Source: Myxococcales bacterium
GTDB lineage: Bacteria > Myxococcota_A > UBA9042 > JABWCM01 > BTVJ01
Direction of reading: 5' to 3'
DNA: 24,944 bases
Assembly (NCBI GenBank): GCA_045863395.1
Contig: BTVJ01000099.1
Coordinates: forward strand, 1 to 24,944
Below are positions 16,434-24,944 of this stretch, in pieces (position 1 is the stretch's first letter; each line of letters begins with the position of its first letter). A program made the position numbers and the translations under genes. Below the pieces are notes generated by a model, which made no database searches, was not told where the DNA came from, and was given only the letters and a program-made list of their open reading frames with translations.

Positions 16434-17924
16434 ATGTCGACTACGAACATATGGGGAGCACGTCACATGCCGTGGGTCCTCGCCTCGCTGCTGCTGGCGC
16501 CCGCCGCGTGGGCGCAGGGGCACGCCGCCGCCGAGACCGTGCTCGGCGACCTGCCTCGGCCCGCGCCGCCCCCCTCGGCGGTGAGGTACAACGTCAGGCT
16601 CACCGACCTCGACACCGCGACAGTGACCGTGTGTGTCGATGGAGCCGCGGAGCGCCTCGTGCCCGGGGTCCCGGGGGCGCAGGCGCTGGTGGCGCGGCCC
16701 GTGCGCCTCACGAGCCTGTACCACCTCCCGCTCGCCGTCGATGATCGGGGCATCGACGTCTCCACCGTAGAGCCCGGGGAGTGCGTCCGCTTCGTGACCA
16801 GCCTCGCCGTCGCGGGCTCCACCGAGAGGCCGCTGGTCAGGCGGGTAGGCGCCGACGTCGTGCTGGACCCGGCCATCTGGCTCTGGCGACCGGAGGTGCT
16901 GCCCGAGGGCGCGTCGGTCACGCTGCACCTCGCGCTGCCGCCCGGGGTGGGCGCGTCGGTCCCGTGGCCCTTCGTGGTGGGGCAGTCGGGGCCCTATCGC
17001 TTGGGGCCCTCGGCGCTGCGTCGCCCGTCACGCCTGGCACTGGGCGCGCTGGAGCAGCACGTGGTGAAGGTGACCGGCGGGGAGCTCGACGTCGCAATCC
17101 TGGACGGTCGGCGCCGCGCGACGGACCAGGGTGTCCGGCGCTGGCTCCTGGAGGCTGCTCATGCCAGCACTCTGGTCTACGGCACGCTGCCTGCGGACCG
17201 GGTGCAGGTGTTGGTGGAGCCGGTGGTCGACACCAGCGGGTGGCCCGTCCCGTTCGCAGAGGTGCTGCGAGGCGGTGGCGTGGGGCTGCACCTGCGCGTG
17301 GCCGCGACGGCGACGGACGAGCAGCTCGCGGGCGACGACCACATGGCGCTCCACTCCCTGGCGCACCTGCTGCTGCCGCGCCTCGGCCCGGACGCCGCGT
17401 GGCTGGAGGAGGGCATCGCCACCTACTACCAGGTGGTGCTCCGCGCGCGAGCCGGGGCGCGTCCACCCGAGGACGCCATCGCGCGCCTCGACCACGGCTT
17501 CCGCCACGCCCGCGTGCAGGAGGCGGGCATTTCCGCAGTGGCGACGCGGGGCAAGGCGGGCGCCGAGCCCGTGGGCGACGCCGCGTGGCACCGCTGGGCG
17601 GGGACCGCCTTCGCGCTCGCCGCCGACGTGCGCCTGCGCTCCATGAACACAGGAGATTCTCTGGACGGGGCCCTGGCGTCCCTGCGAACGTGCTGCATGG
17701 GAGACGTGACCTACACGGCGCGGCAGCTCGTGACGCTGCTCGACGAGGCCACGCACACCACGGTCTTCTCGACGCTGTACGAGGACGCCGCCAACACCCA
17801 CGGCGTGCCGTCGCTCGACCGTCTCTACGAGATCCTGGGCATGGGGGTGCAGGACGGGCGGGTCGCGACGACGAACCTTGCCCCCTATGCCTACGTGCGC
17901 CTCAGCATCTTCTCGGCGCGGTGA
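16434..17924 (+). CDS. Secreted M61/gluzincin-like aminopeptidase homologue with degenerate zinc motif
   Basis: AAGGAG RBS, signal peptide; ALHSLAHLLLP...AWLEEGIATYY corresponds to HExxH...WxxEG; ADVRLR...SLDGAL C-terminal pattern. Alternative start at 16467. Confidence 0.75.
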   Translation: MSTTNIWGARHMPWVLASLLLAPAAWAQGHAAAETVLGDLPRPAPPPSAVRYNVRLTDLDTATVTVCVDGAAERLVPGVPGAQALVARPVRLTSLYHLPLAVDDRGIDVSTVEPGECVRFVTSLAVAGSTERPLVRRVGADVVLDPAIWLWRPEVLPEGASVTLHLALPPGVGASVPWPFVVGQSGPYRLGPSALRRPSRLALGALEQHVVKVTGGELDVAILDGRRRATDQGVRRWLLEAAHASTLVYGTLPADRVQVLVEPVVDTSGWPVPFAEVLRGGGVGLHLRVAATATDEQLAGDDHMALHSLAHLLLPRLGPDAAWLEEGIATYYQVVLRARAGARPPEDAIARLDHGFRHARVQEAGISAVATRGKAGAEPVGDAAWHRWAGTAFALAADVRLRSMNTGDSLDGALASLRTCCMGDVTYTARQLVTLLDEATHTTVFSTLYEDAANTHGVPSLDRLYEILGMGVQDGRVATTNLAPYAYVRLSIFSAR

Positions 17925-17927
17925 CCG

Positions 17928-19643
17928 TCACCCGCCGGGGATGACGCCGACCACCTGGAGCACGGGCTTGAGCACGCCCCCGAGCCCCTCCGCGACGATG
18001 CAGCCGACGGCGATGGTGGTCAGCGTGATGTCGCGCACCTTGAGCCCGCGCCCCAGGATCACCCACAGGACGAAGCCGCCGAGGAAGAAGGCGAAGTCGT
18101 AGGCGACGGGCAGGACCAGGCCCAGGCCGAAGCCGATGGAGCTTGGCAGCAGGCGCTCCAGCTTGGGTGACGCCTCCAGGAGCACCCAGACGATGCCGGC
18201 GACGGCGGCGATGAGCATGGCGGTGATTGCGCCGGGGGGCAGGCCGCTTCCGGCGGAGGGATCGAAGACGAGCGCAGAGGCCGCCCACATCTTCGCTACG
18301 GGGGCGGGCATGTCCGTGCCCTCGATGCTCGTGATCGGGGTGTTGGCGTTGATCTGGGAGAACACCCACGCCGAGACCAGGGCGCAGGGGATGAGTGTCG
18401 TGAACTGGGTCCAGAACTGCCACCGGGAGGGCACCTTGAACCAGCGCCCGTAGACCATGTCGCCCGTCAGGTTGCCCGCCTGGGCGCCGCTGCCGGCAAC
18501 GAAGCCGGCGCCGGTGAGGCTGGTCGAGGCCGCCGACGCGCCCATCATGGCGCTGAGCCCCTCGAGGAGCACGCCCATGACGCGCGCCGGGTTGAACGCG
18601 GTCTGGGCGGCGGCGCGGGTGGCGATGACGTTCTGCACGAAGGCGCCCACCACGACCAGCATGATGATCAGCAGGAGCCCGAGGCCCATGGCGCCCATCA
18701 GGAAGGCGATGGCGATGGCCAGCGCGGCCGCGGTCATCCAGATGAAGAGCCGGGGCGAGAGCACCGGGTCCTGGTCGACGGCGTCCTTGGTGCGCGACGA
18801 GAACAGCGAGCGCATGGACGCGGCGATCACCCGCCAGTTGATGGCCATGACCGCGAGCCCCGACGCCACGAGGAAGGCGATGCCGGGCCAGACGTAGCGG
18901 TGCGGTGCGGCGGGGACGGGCGTGTGGGGCGCCATGATCAGCAGCGCGATGCCGCCGAAGAGGAAGCCGACGCACGTGCGGAAGCCCATGAGGTAGGCGC
19001 CGCCGATGGCGAAGGGGGACCAGGCGATGGCGGCCCCGTAAGCCGCGAGGCCGAACAGGGGGAGCGCCGTGGACTCCGGGACCAGGGCGAAGCCCCCGTC
19101 GTCGTTGAGGAGCACGTAGGCCATGGCGATGAGCAGCGAGATCAGCAGGTAGACGGGCTGCTTGCGGTCTCCGCCCTCGGAGAGCGCGGTGATGACCCCG
19201 GCGGTCGCCTTGGAGCTGGGCCAGGGGAGGTTCTCCCTCACGACGAGCAGCTCGCGGAGGGGGACGACGAACATGATGCCCACGAGGCTGGTGACGGTGG
19301 CGAAGCCGGCCATCTCCCAGAAGGTGTACGGGGTGCCGATCATCGCCTTGGCGGCGTAGAAGTTGGTGATGAAGCCGAGGGAGCCGCCCGCGCTGCCCAT
19401 GGTCGCGACGATGACCAGCTCCGTCGACGTGATGCGGGTGCGGGACAGGAAGAACATGGCGAAGAAGAAGAGGGCCGCGATGGTGGGCCCCTCCTCGATG
19501 ACCCCAAAGGACAGGGTCAGATACGAGTTGACGCCGCACAGGAACACCGCGAGCAGCGAGCCCGCGATGAAGGAGCGCGGCGTCAGCGCGCTCTGGGACA
19601 TGCTCGGCGCGAGGCCGGGCGGGGCGGTGCTTGCCATGGTCAT
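17928..19643 (-). CDS. OPT/YSL family oligopeptide (or metal-chelate) transporter
   Basis: LTPRSFIAG, NSYLTLSFG, PLRELLVVRENLPWPSSKAT, AGNLTGDMVYG, PAPVAKMW, PSSIGFGLGLVLP, GCIVAEGL; many TM helices; GGAGG RBS. Confidence 0.9.
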   Translation of the reverse strand: MTMASTAPPGLAPSMSQSALTPRSFIAGSLLAVFLCGVNSYLTLSFGVIEEGPTIAALFFFAMFFLSRTRITSTELVIVATMGSAGGSLGFITNFYAAKAMIGTPYTFWEMAGFATVTSLVGIMFVVPLRELLVVRENLPWPSSKATAGVITALSEGGDRKQPVYLLISLLIAMAYVLLNDDGGFALVPESTALPLFGLAAYGAAIAWSPFAIGGAYLMGFRTCVGFLFGGIALLIMAPHTPVPAAPHRYVWPGIAFLVASGLAVMAINWRVIAASMRSLFSSRTKDAVDQDPVLSPRLFIWMTAAALAIAIAFLMGAMGLGLLLIIMLVVVGAFVQNVIATRAAAQTAFNPARVMGVLLEGLSAMMGASAASTSLTGAGFVAGSGAQAGNLTGDMVYGRWFKVPSRWQFWTQFTTLIPCALVSAWVFSQINANTPITSIEGTDMPAPVAKMWAASALVFDPSAGSGLPPGAITAMLIAAVAGIVWVLLEASPKLERLLPSSIGFGLGLVLPVAYDFAFFLGGFVLWVILGRGLKVRDITLTTIAVGCIVAEGLGGVLKPVLQVVGVIPGG

Positions 19644-19756
19644 GGGGCCTCCTAGCGGCTAGGGGCCGCAGCATAGCGCGGCGGTGACGCGGACGGAAGG
19701 GTGGAAATTGGCGGGAGCGGTCCTCACGCTGGACTTCCACCTGCCCTTCGCATAGC

Positions 19757-19773
19757 CTATACATGCGTTCAGC
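19757..19773 (+). promoter_or_regulatory. LexA-binding (SOS) box, Myxococcus type
   Basis: CTATACATGCGTTCAGC matches all 17 positions of the M. xanthus LexA consensus CTRHAMRYBYGTTCAGS (consensus recalled); ends 11 bp before the dnaE2 ATG. Confidence 0.8.
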
Positions 19774-19784
19774 CATGGGGAGAC

Positions 19785-22700
19785 ATGACCGCCTACGCCG
19801 AGCTCCGCTGTCGCTCCAACTACTCGTTCCTGCGCGGCGCGTCCCACCCGGACGAGCTGGTGGAGCGGGCGGCGGCGCTCGGGTACACGGCGCTGGCGCT
19901 CACGGACCAGGACGGGGTGCACGGCGTCGTGAAGGCGCACGAGGCGGCGAAGCGGGTGGGGCTCCACCTCGTGCATGGCTCCCACGTGACCGTGGGCACT
20001 CAGAGCGATCCGGCGGGGGCGACGGCGCCCCTCGTCCTGCTGGTCCAGGACCGGGGTGGATGGCGAAACCTCTGCCGGCTCATGACGCGCGGGCGGCGCT
20101 CGAGCGCGAAGGGCAGCTCCGTGGTGAGCGCTGCGGACGTGGCCGCCCACGCGGCGGGCCTGCTCGCCCTGTACGTCGGGGAGCCGGACGAGGGGGCGGC
20201 GTCGGTGTGGCGGGACGTGTTCGGCGAGCGGCTGTCGCTGGCGGTCTCACGGCACCTGTCCAGCGAGGACGCGGGGCGCAACGCCGCCATGGAGCGGGTG
20301 GGGCGGTCGCTGGGCGTGCCGATCATTGCTGTGGGCGACGTACACACCCATGATCGCGGGCGGCAGGAGCTGCAGGACGTCCTGACGTGCATCCGCCACG
20401 GGACCACGCTGGAGGACGCAGGCCGCTTGCTGTTCCCGAACGGCGAGCGGACGCTGCGCCCTCGGGAGGCCCTCGGCGCCTTGTTCCGCGACCACCCGGA
20501 GTGGCTGGCACGATCTCTGGACCTGGCCCAGGCGTGCACGTTCTCGCTGGAGGAGCTGCGCTACAAGTTCCCGGAGGAGCACCTCCCCGCCGGCCACACG
20601 CCCATGTCCTGGCTCCGGCACCTGGTGGGCGTCGGGGCGCGGGCCAGGTATGGTGGTGAAGTGCCCGGCGACGTGACACGCACGCTGGAGCACGAGCTCT
20701 CGCTCATCGACCAGCTCGACTTCGCGGGGTACTTCCTGACGGTGTGGGACATCGTCCGCTTCGCCCGCTCCCGGGGCATCCTCTGCCAGGGCCGCGGCTC
20801 GGCGGCCAACTCGGCGGTCTGCTACGTGCTGGGCATCACGCCCATCGACCCGGTGCGCATGGACCTGCTCTTCGAGCGCTTCATCAGCGTGGAGCGCGGC
20901 GAGCCGCCGGACATCGACGTGGACTTCGAGCACGAGCGCCGCGAGGAGGTCATCCAGTACGTCTATGGAAAGTACGGGCGCACCCACGCGGGAATGGTCT
21001 GCGAGGTGATCACCTACCGGGGCCGCAGCGCCGTGCGCGAGGTGGGCAAGGCGCTCGGGCTGTCCCTCGACCAGGTGGACCGCGCGGCCAAGGCGCTCGG
21101 ATTCCACTGGGGCCTCGACGACCTGGACCCCATGCTCCGGGAGGCGGGGCTGGATCCCACGGACAAGACGGTCCGCCTGCTGTGCCGCCTGGCGCAAGAG
21201 ATCCAGGGGTTCCCGCGGCACCTGTCCATCCACGTGGGCGGCTTCGTCGTCACGCACGAGCCCCTGGAGGACCTGGTCCCCATCGAGAACGCGGCGATGG
21301 CAGACCGCACCATCATCCAGTGGGACAAGGACGACATCGACGTGGTCGGCCTCTTCAAGGTGGACCTGCTGGCGCTGGGCATGCTGACCTGCGTGCAGCG
21401 CTGCTTCGATCTGGTGAGAGAGCACGAGGGCGTGGAGCTGGCGGTGGACACGCTCCCCCCGGAGGACCCGGCGGTCTACGACGCCATCTGCGAGGCGGAC
21501 ACCGTCGGGGTGTTCCAGGTGGAGAGCCGCGCCCAGATGAGCATGTTGCCCCGCCTTCAGCCCCGCAGCTTCTACGACCTGGTGGTGGAGGTGGCGATCA
21601 TCCGCCCCGGCCCCATCCAGGGCGACATGGTGCACCCGTACCTGAGGCGGCGGCAGGGCCAGGAGCGCATCGACTTCCCTCACCCGGACGTGCGGCGCAT
21701 CCTCGGGCGCACCTTCGGCGTGCCGCTCTTCCAGGAGCAGGTCATGCGGTTGGCGGTGGTGGCCGGCGGCTTCACCCCGGGGGAGGCGGACCAGCTCCGC
21801 CGCGCCATGGCGGCCTGGCGCCGCAAGGGCAAGATGCACGAGCTGTCGGAGCGCCTCGTGCGGGGGTTGGTGGCAAACGGCTTCACCGAGGAGTACGCGC
21901 AGCAGATCTTCCGGCAGATAGAGGGCTTCGGCGAGTACGGCTTCCCGGAGAGCCACGCCGCCAGCTTCGCGGTCATCGTCTACACCTCCACCTGGCTGCG
22001 GCGCCACCACCCGGAGGCCTTCCTGGCGGCGATCATCAACAGCCAGCCCATGGGCTTCTACGCGCCCAACACGCTGATCGGGGACGCGCGGAGGCGTGGG
22101 ACGCGGGTGCTCCCACCCGATGTGCAGCGCAGCGGCTGGGACTGCACCCTGGAGCGGGTAGGGCGAGATGGGGAGGGGCCTTGGGACGGCGCGCCCCCCC
22201 TGGCGGTGCGCCTCGGGCTGCGGGTGGTAAAGGGGCTGGCGCGGGGGGACGCGGAGCGCCTGGTCGCGGCGCGGCAGGGAAGCGTGTTCCGAGGACTCGG
22301 CGACCTCGTGCGCCGCGCGCGCCTCCGCCGGGACCAACTAGTGCGCCTCGCGGCGGCGGGGGCGCTGCTCTCGCTGGGGTTGGGGCGCCGCGAGGCCATC
22401 TGGCGTATCCAGGGCCTCCCGGACGTGGACGAGGGCGACCTGCTCGCCTGGATGGAGCTGCCGGAGCCCGAGGCGGAGCTCCCACCGATGACCCCGGAGG
22501 AGGAGCTGCTTGCAGACTACCGCGCGACGGGCCTGTCGGTGGACCTGCACCCCATTGCGTTGATCCGGGACACCTTGCGTCAGAGGGGCATACCCACCGC
22601 GGAGGAGCTCGGGCAGATGGGGGAGGGGCGCCGCCTGACGGTCGCGGGCATGGTGATCACGCGCCAACGCCCGGGAACGGCCAGCGGCGTGATCTTCGTG

Positions 22701-22907
22701 ACGCTGGAGGACGAGACGGGCCACTGCCAGGTCGTGGTCTGGCCCAAGGTCTACGAGCGCTACCGCCGCGAGGTCCGCGACCACCTGCTCATGGAGGTGG
22801 ACGGCCGCCTCCAGCGCGACGGCCGCGTCCTGCACGTCATCGCGGAGCGGGTGCGCCCGCTGGCGCTTGCCCCGCCCGATGGCATTCGGTCGCGCGACTT
22901 CCACTGA
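19785..22907 (+). CDS. dnaE2: Error-prone DNA polymerase III alpha subunit DnaE2 (ImuC)
   Basis: YAELRCRSNYSFLRGASHP, CQGRGSAANSAVCY, PPDIDVDFEH, FPRHLSIHVGG, RPGPIQG, YGFPESHAASF, NSQPMGFY, RQRPGTASG and the diagnostic C-terminal SRDFH. Confidence 0.97.
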   Translation: MTAYAELRCRSNYSFLRGASHPDELVERAAALGYTALALTDQDGVHGVVKAHEAAKRVGLHLVHGSHVTVGTQSDPAGATAPLVLLVQDRGGWRNLCRLMTRGRRSSAKGSSVVSAADVAAHAAGLLALYVGEPDEGAASVWRDVFGERLSLAVSRHLSSEDAGRNAAMERVGRSLGVPIIAVGDVHTHDRGRQELQDVLTCIRHGTTLEDAGRLLFPNGERTLRPREALGALFRDHPEWLARSLDLAQACTFSLEELRYKFPEEHLPAGHTPMSWLRHLVGVGARARYGGEVPGDVTRTLEHELSLIDQLDFAGYFLTVWDIVRFARSRGILCQGRGSAANSAVCYVLGITPIDPVRMDLLFERFISVERGEPPDIDVDFEHERREEVIQYVYGKYGRTHAGMVCEVITYRGRSAVREVGKALGLSLDQVDRAAKALGFHWGLDDLDPMLREAGLDPTDKTVRLLCRLAQEIQGFPRHLSIHVGGFVVTHEPLEDLVPIENAAMADRTIIQWDKDDIDVVGLFKVDLLALGMLTCVQRCFDLVREHEGVELAVDTLPPEDPAVYDAICEADTVGVFQVESRAQMSMLPRLQPRSFYDLVVEVAIIRPGPIQGDMVHPYLRRRQGQERIDFPHPDVRRILGRTFGVPLFQEQVMRLAVVAGGFTPGEADQLRRAMAAWRRKGKMHELSERLVRGLVANGFTEEYAQQIFRQIEGFGEYGFPESHAASFAVIVYTSTWLRRHHPEAFLAAIINSQPMGFYAPNTLIGDARRRGTRVLPPDVQRSGWDCTLERVGRDGEGPWDGAPPLAVRLGLRVVKGLARGDAERLVAARQGSVFRGLGDLVRRARLRRDQLVRLAAAGALLSLGLGRREAIWRIQGLPDVDEGDLLAWMELPEPEAELPPMTPEEELLADYRATGLSVDLHPIALIRDTLRQRGIPTAEELGQMGEGRRLTVAGMVITRQRPGTASGVIFVTLEDETGHCQVVVWPKVYERYRREVRDHLLMEVDGRLQRDGRVLHVIAERVRPLALAPPDGIRSRDFH

Positions 22908-23151
22908 CAGGGGAAGCGCGCCGCAGCCACCTGAGAGCGAGCAGGCCCCTGGGGGCTCCCCAAGCGACCGGAGACGACGCGCAGCAGGCACGACATCCCC
23001 AAGGAACGACCTGCGTCCGACACCCGCGACCATTGCGGCCCCACCCCCACGGCTGGAACGGCGCACCGCGCCACAGCCACGAGAACCGGTCCCAGTCCCA
23101 CGAACCACTGGACACCGTCGTCAACCTGTGCGACACCCAACCAAGGGTGCG

Positions 23152-23266
23152 GCTTCCACCCAACAGAGCGCCCCACCTTCGGGTCCAGGTCGCCTGCGGA
23201 GCCCCGTTGTCTCCGGTGAGGATTCGGAGCTTCCACCCAACAGCGCGCCCCACCTTCGGGTCCAGG
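23152..23266. repeat. Pair of 38-bp direct repeats separated by 39 bp
   Basis: GCTTCCACCCAACAG[A/C]GCGCCCCACCTTCGGGTCCAGG at 23152-23189 and 23229-23266, one mismatch. Confidence 0.9.
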
Positions 23267-23369
23267 CCCGAAGCCCGTGCAGCGGCGCCCGTCGGGAGCG
23301 GCGCCCAAGGGCAACGGTCCCGCTCGCGGAGGCTCTACCCGGCACCGCCGGCCAGCCCACCGCGAGGAT

Positions 23370-23569
23370 ACCAACTGAATCGCTAACGCGGACGCAGCCC
23401 GAAAACGCGGGTATGCTAGCGCAACGAACAACATGAGTCATTTTCAAAGGATAGGTGCTTCAAGGCCCCGAGGCCGCTATGAAAAACTTGCGCACTGCGA
23501 CCATCCTGTGCGAGGTTAGCGCTGGAGCCGCCGCACGGCGGCCTGCCATGCAGGTGCGCGAAGGTGGCA
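23370..23569 (+). promoter_or_regulatory. CRISPR leader
   Basis: Non-coding and locally AT-richer (CATTTTCAAAGGATA, TATGAAAAACTT), directly before the first perfect repeat and opposite the degenerate end; left boundary approximate. Confidence 0.7.
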
Positions 23570-24944
23570 CCTGAGGGGGGGCTGCCCGCTTCGAGGGCAT
23601 TGAGACGTGACCTGTGGCCCCGACGGGTGCATCGCGGGGACGCCGCCCTGAGGGGGGGCTGCCCGCTTCGAGGGCATTGAGACATGCCCAGTCTCCAGCG
23701 TCGCTGCTCGAGGTGGTCTACCTGAGGGGGGGCTGCCCGCTTCGAGGGCATTGAGACACGGAGCTCGACGTCGGCCGGGGCGTGCCGAACCGGCCTGAGG
23801 GGGGGCTGCCCGCTTCGAGGGCATTGAGACGTTCGCGGCGAGGCCGCGGATCGCCTCGGCCTTGGCGAACCTGAGGGGGGGCTGCCCGCTTCGAGGGCAT
23901 TGAGACTACGAACGCGGCCGAGGACCGTGACGTCGGCGGCGGCCCTGAGGGGGGGCTGCCCGCTTCGAGGGCATTGAGACACGCGGGCGGGGGCGCGGCG
24001 GCGATCCGCACGCGCTTCCACCTGAGGGGGGGCTGCCCGCTTCGAGGGCATTGAGACTAGATCCGAGCCCCGGCCATCGCATGGAACTGCTGCAACCTGA
24101 GGGGGGGCTGCCCGCTTCGAGGGCATTGAGACTCAGCGACCTCTTCGCGGGTCGTGCTGAGGTCGTCGACCTGAGGGGGGGCTGCCCGCTTCGAGGGCAT
24201 TGAGACAGTTGTCGTTGTCGTCACATGGGATGTTGAAGGCGATCTCCTGAGGGGGGGCTGCCCGCTTCGAGGGCATTGAGACCCCTCCTCCTCCTTGCCG
24301 TTGCCGTCCTCGACCTTGACGCCTGAGGGGGGGCTGCCCGCTTCGAGGGCATTGAGACATCCACCACCAGTCGACGGCGGGAGCGGGGGCCTGCGCCCTG
24401 AGGGGGGGCTGCCCGCTTCGAGGGCATTGAGACTTTCGGAGATTGGAAGCGTCGTCCTCGCTTCACAGCCTCCCCTGAGGGGGGGCTGCCCGCTTCGAGG
24501 GCATTGAGACTCGTCTCCTCGCTGCCGTCGCCGTCACAGTCCTTGTCGCACCCTGAGGGGGGGCTGCCCGCTTCGAGGGCATTGAGACACGAACTCATCC
24601 ACCCCGTCCGTCCCCGTCGTTTCCCGCCCTGAGGGGGGGCTGCCCGCTTCGAGGGCATTGAGACACGCTCAGGGCACCGAGCTCGGAGCAAGACTTCGGG
24701 ACCTGAGGGGGGGCTGCCCGCTTCGAGGGCATTGAGACCTCCCTACCGTATGATGGAAGGTAGGGCGTTTGGTGAGAAGACCTGAGGGGGGGCTGCCCGC
24801 TTCGAGGGCATTGAGACCTCCCGCTTCATCGCTTCGAGGAACCGCTCCCTCGTGTAGACCTGAGGGGGGGCTGCCCGCTTCGAGGACATGGAGAGCGACT
24901 CGTTCGGGCACGGTCTCCCCGTCGCTCTGTCGCTCAGGGGGGGC
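23570..24944 (+). CRISPR. CRISPR array, 37-bp repeat CCTGAGGGGGGGCTGCCCGCTTCGAGGGCATTGAGAC; 17 perfect repeats, one degenerate, one partial degenerate at the window edge; 18 spacers of 36-42 bp
   Basis: Repeats start at 23570, 23647, 23721, 23794, 23870, 23944, 24021, 24096, 24170, 24246, 24322, 24397, 24474, 24552, 24628, 24702, 24781; degenerate copy at 24859 (ends GAGGACATGGAGAG); partial GCTCAGGGGGGGC at 24932. TGCCC/GGGCA hairpin followed by ATTGAGAC end. Confidence 0.99.

Noticed and set aside
20247..23386. Long alternative ORFs over dnaE2 (696 aa minus, 880 aa plus)
   Set aside because: Shadow frames of a high-GC gene; Arg/Gly/Pro-rich with no recognisable motifs.
22908..23569. Possible tracrRNA anti-repeat or cas2 remnant upstream of the array
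   Set aside because: No extended complementarity to the 37-bp repeat and no Cas-like motif seen in any frame.
24818..24858. Spacer 17 shares CCCGCTTC and GCTTCGAGG with the repeat
   Set aside because: Matches of 8-9 nt in GC-rich DNA can arise by chance; the spacer reads as ordinary coding sequence.
23416..24911. Minus-strand ORFs with MPSKRAAPPQ / LNALEAGSPPSG repeats
   Set aside because: Translations of the CRISPR repeat, not proteins.

Overview
Very GC-rich bacterial chromosomal segment, most likely Myxococcota/deltaproteobacterial (Cys-rich lipoproteins, Uma2 endonuclease with coiled-coil tail, exact match to the myxobacterial LexA box). Left part: small beta-barrel OMP, a 157-bp MITE with terminal inverted repeats and a TAA duplication, a stand-alone pilT, a secreted fibre-like P-domain protein, a probable transposase relic, a lipoprotein, Uma2 and a nucleotidyltransferase pseudogene. 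Middle: a heavy-metal RND efflux operon (Cys-rich RPPR leader, adaptor with six C-x2-H...C-x2-C repeats, CzcA, TolC), two lipoproteins, tam, a peptidase homologue with HSLAH in place of HExxH, and an OPT transporter. Right part: a LexA-boxed dnaE2 without adjacent imuA/imuB, then on the same strand a 38-bp repeat pair, a leader and a CRISPR array (17 perfect 37-bp repeats plus degenerate trailer copies); no cas gene lies in the window. All family assignments come from motif recognition by eye; no searches were run.
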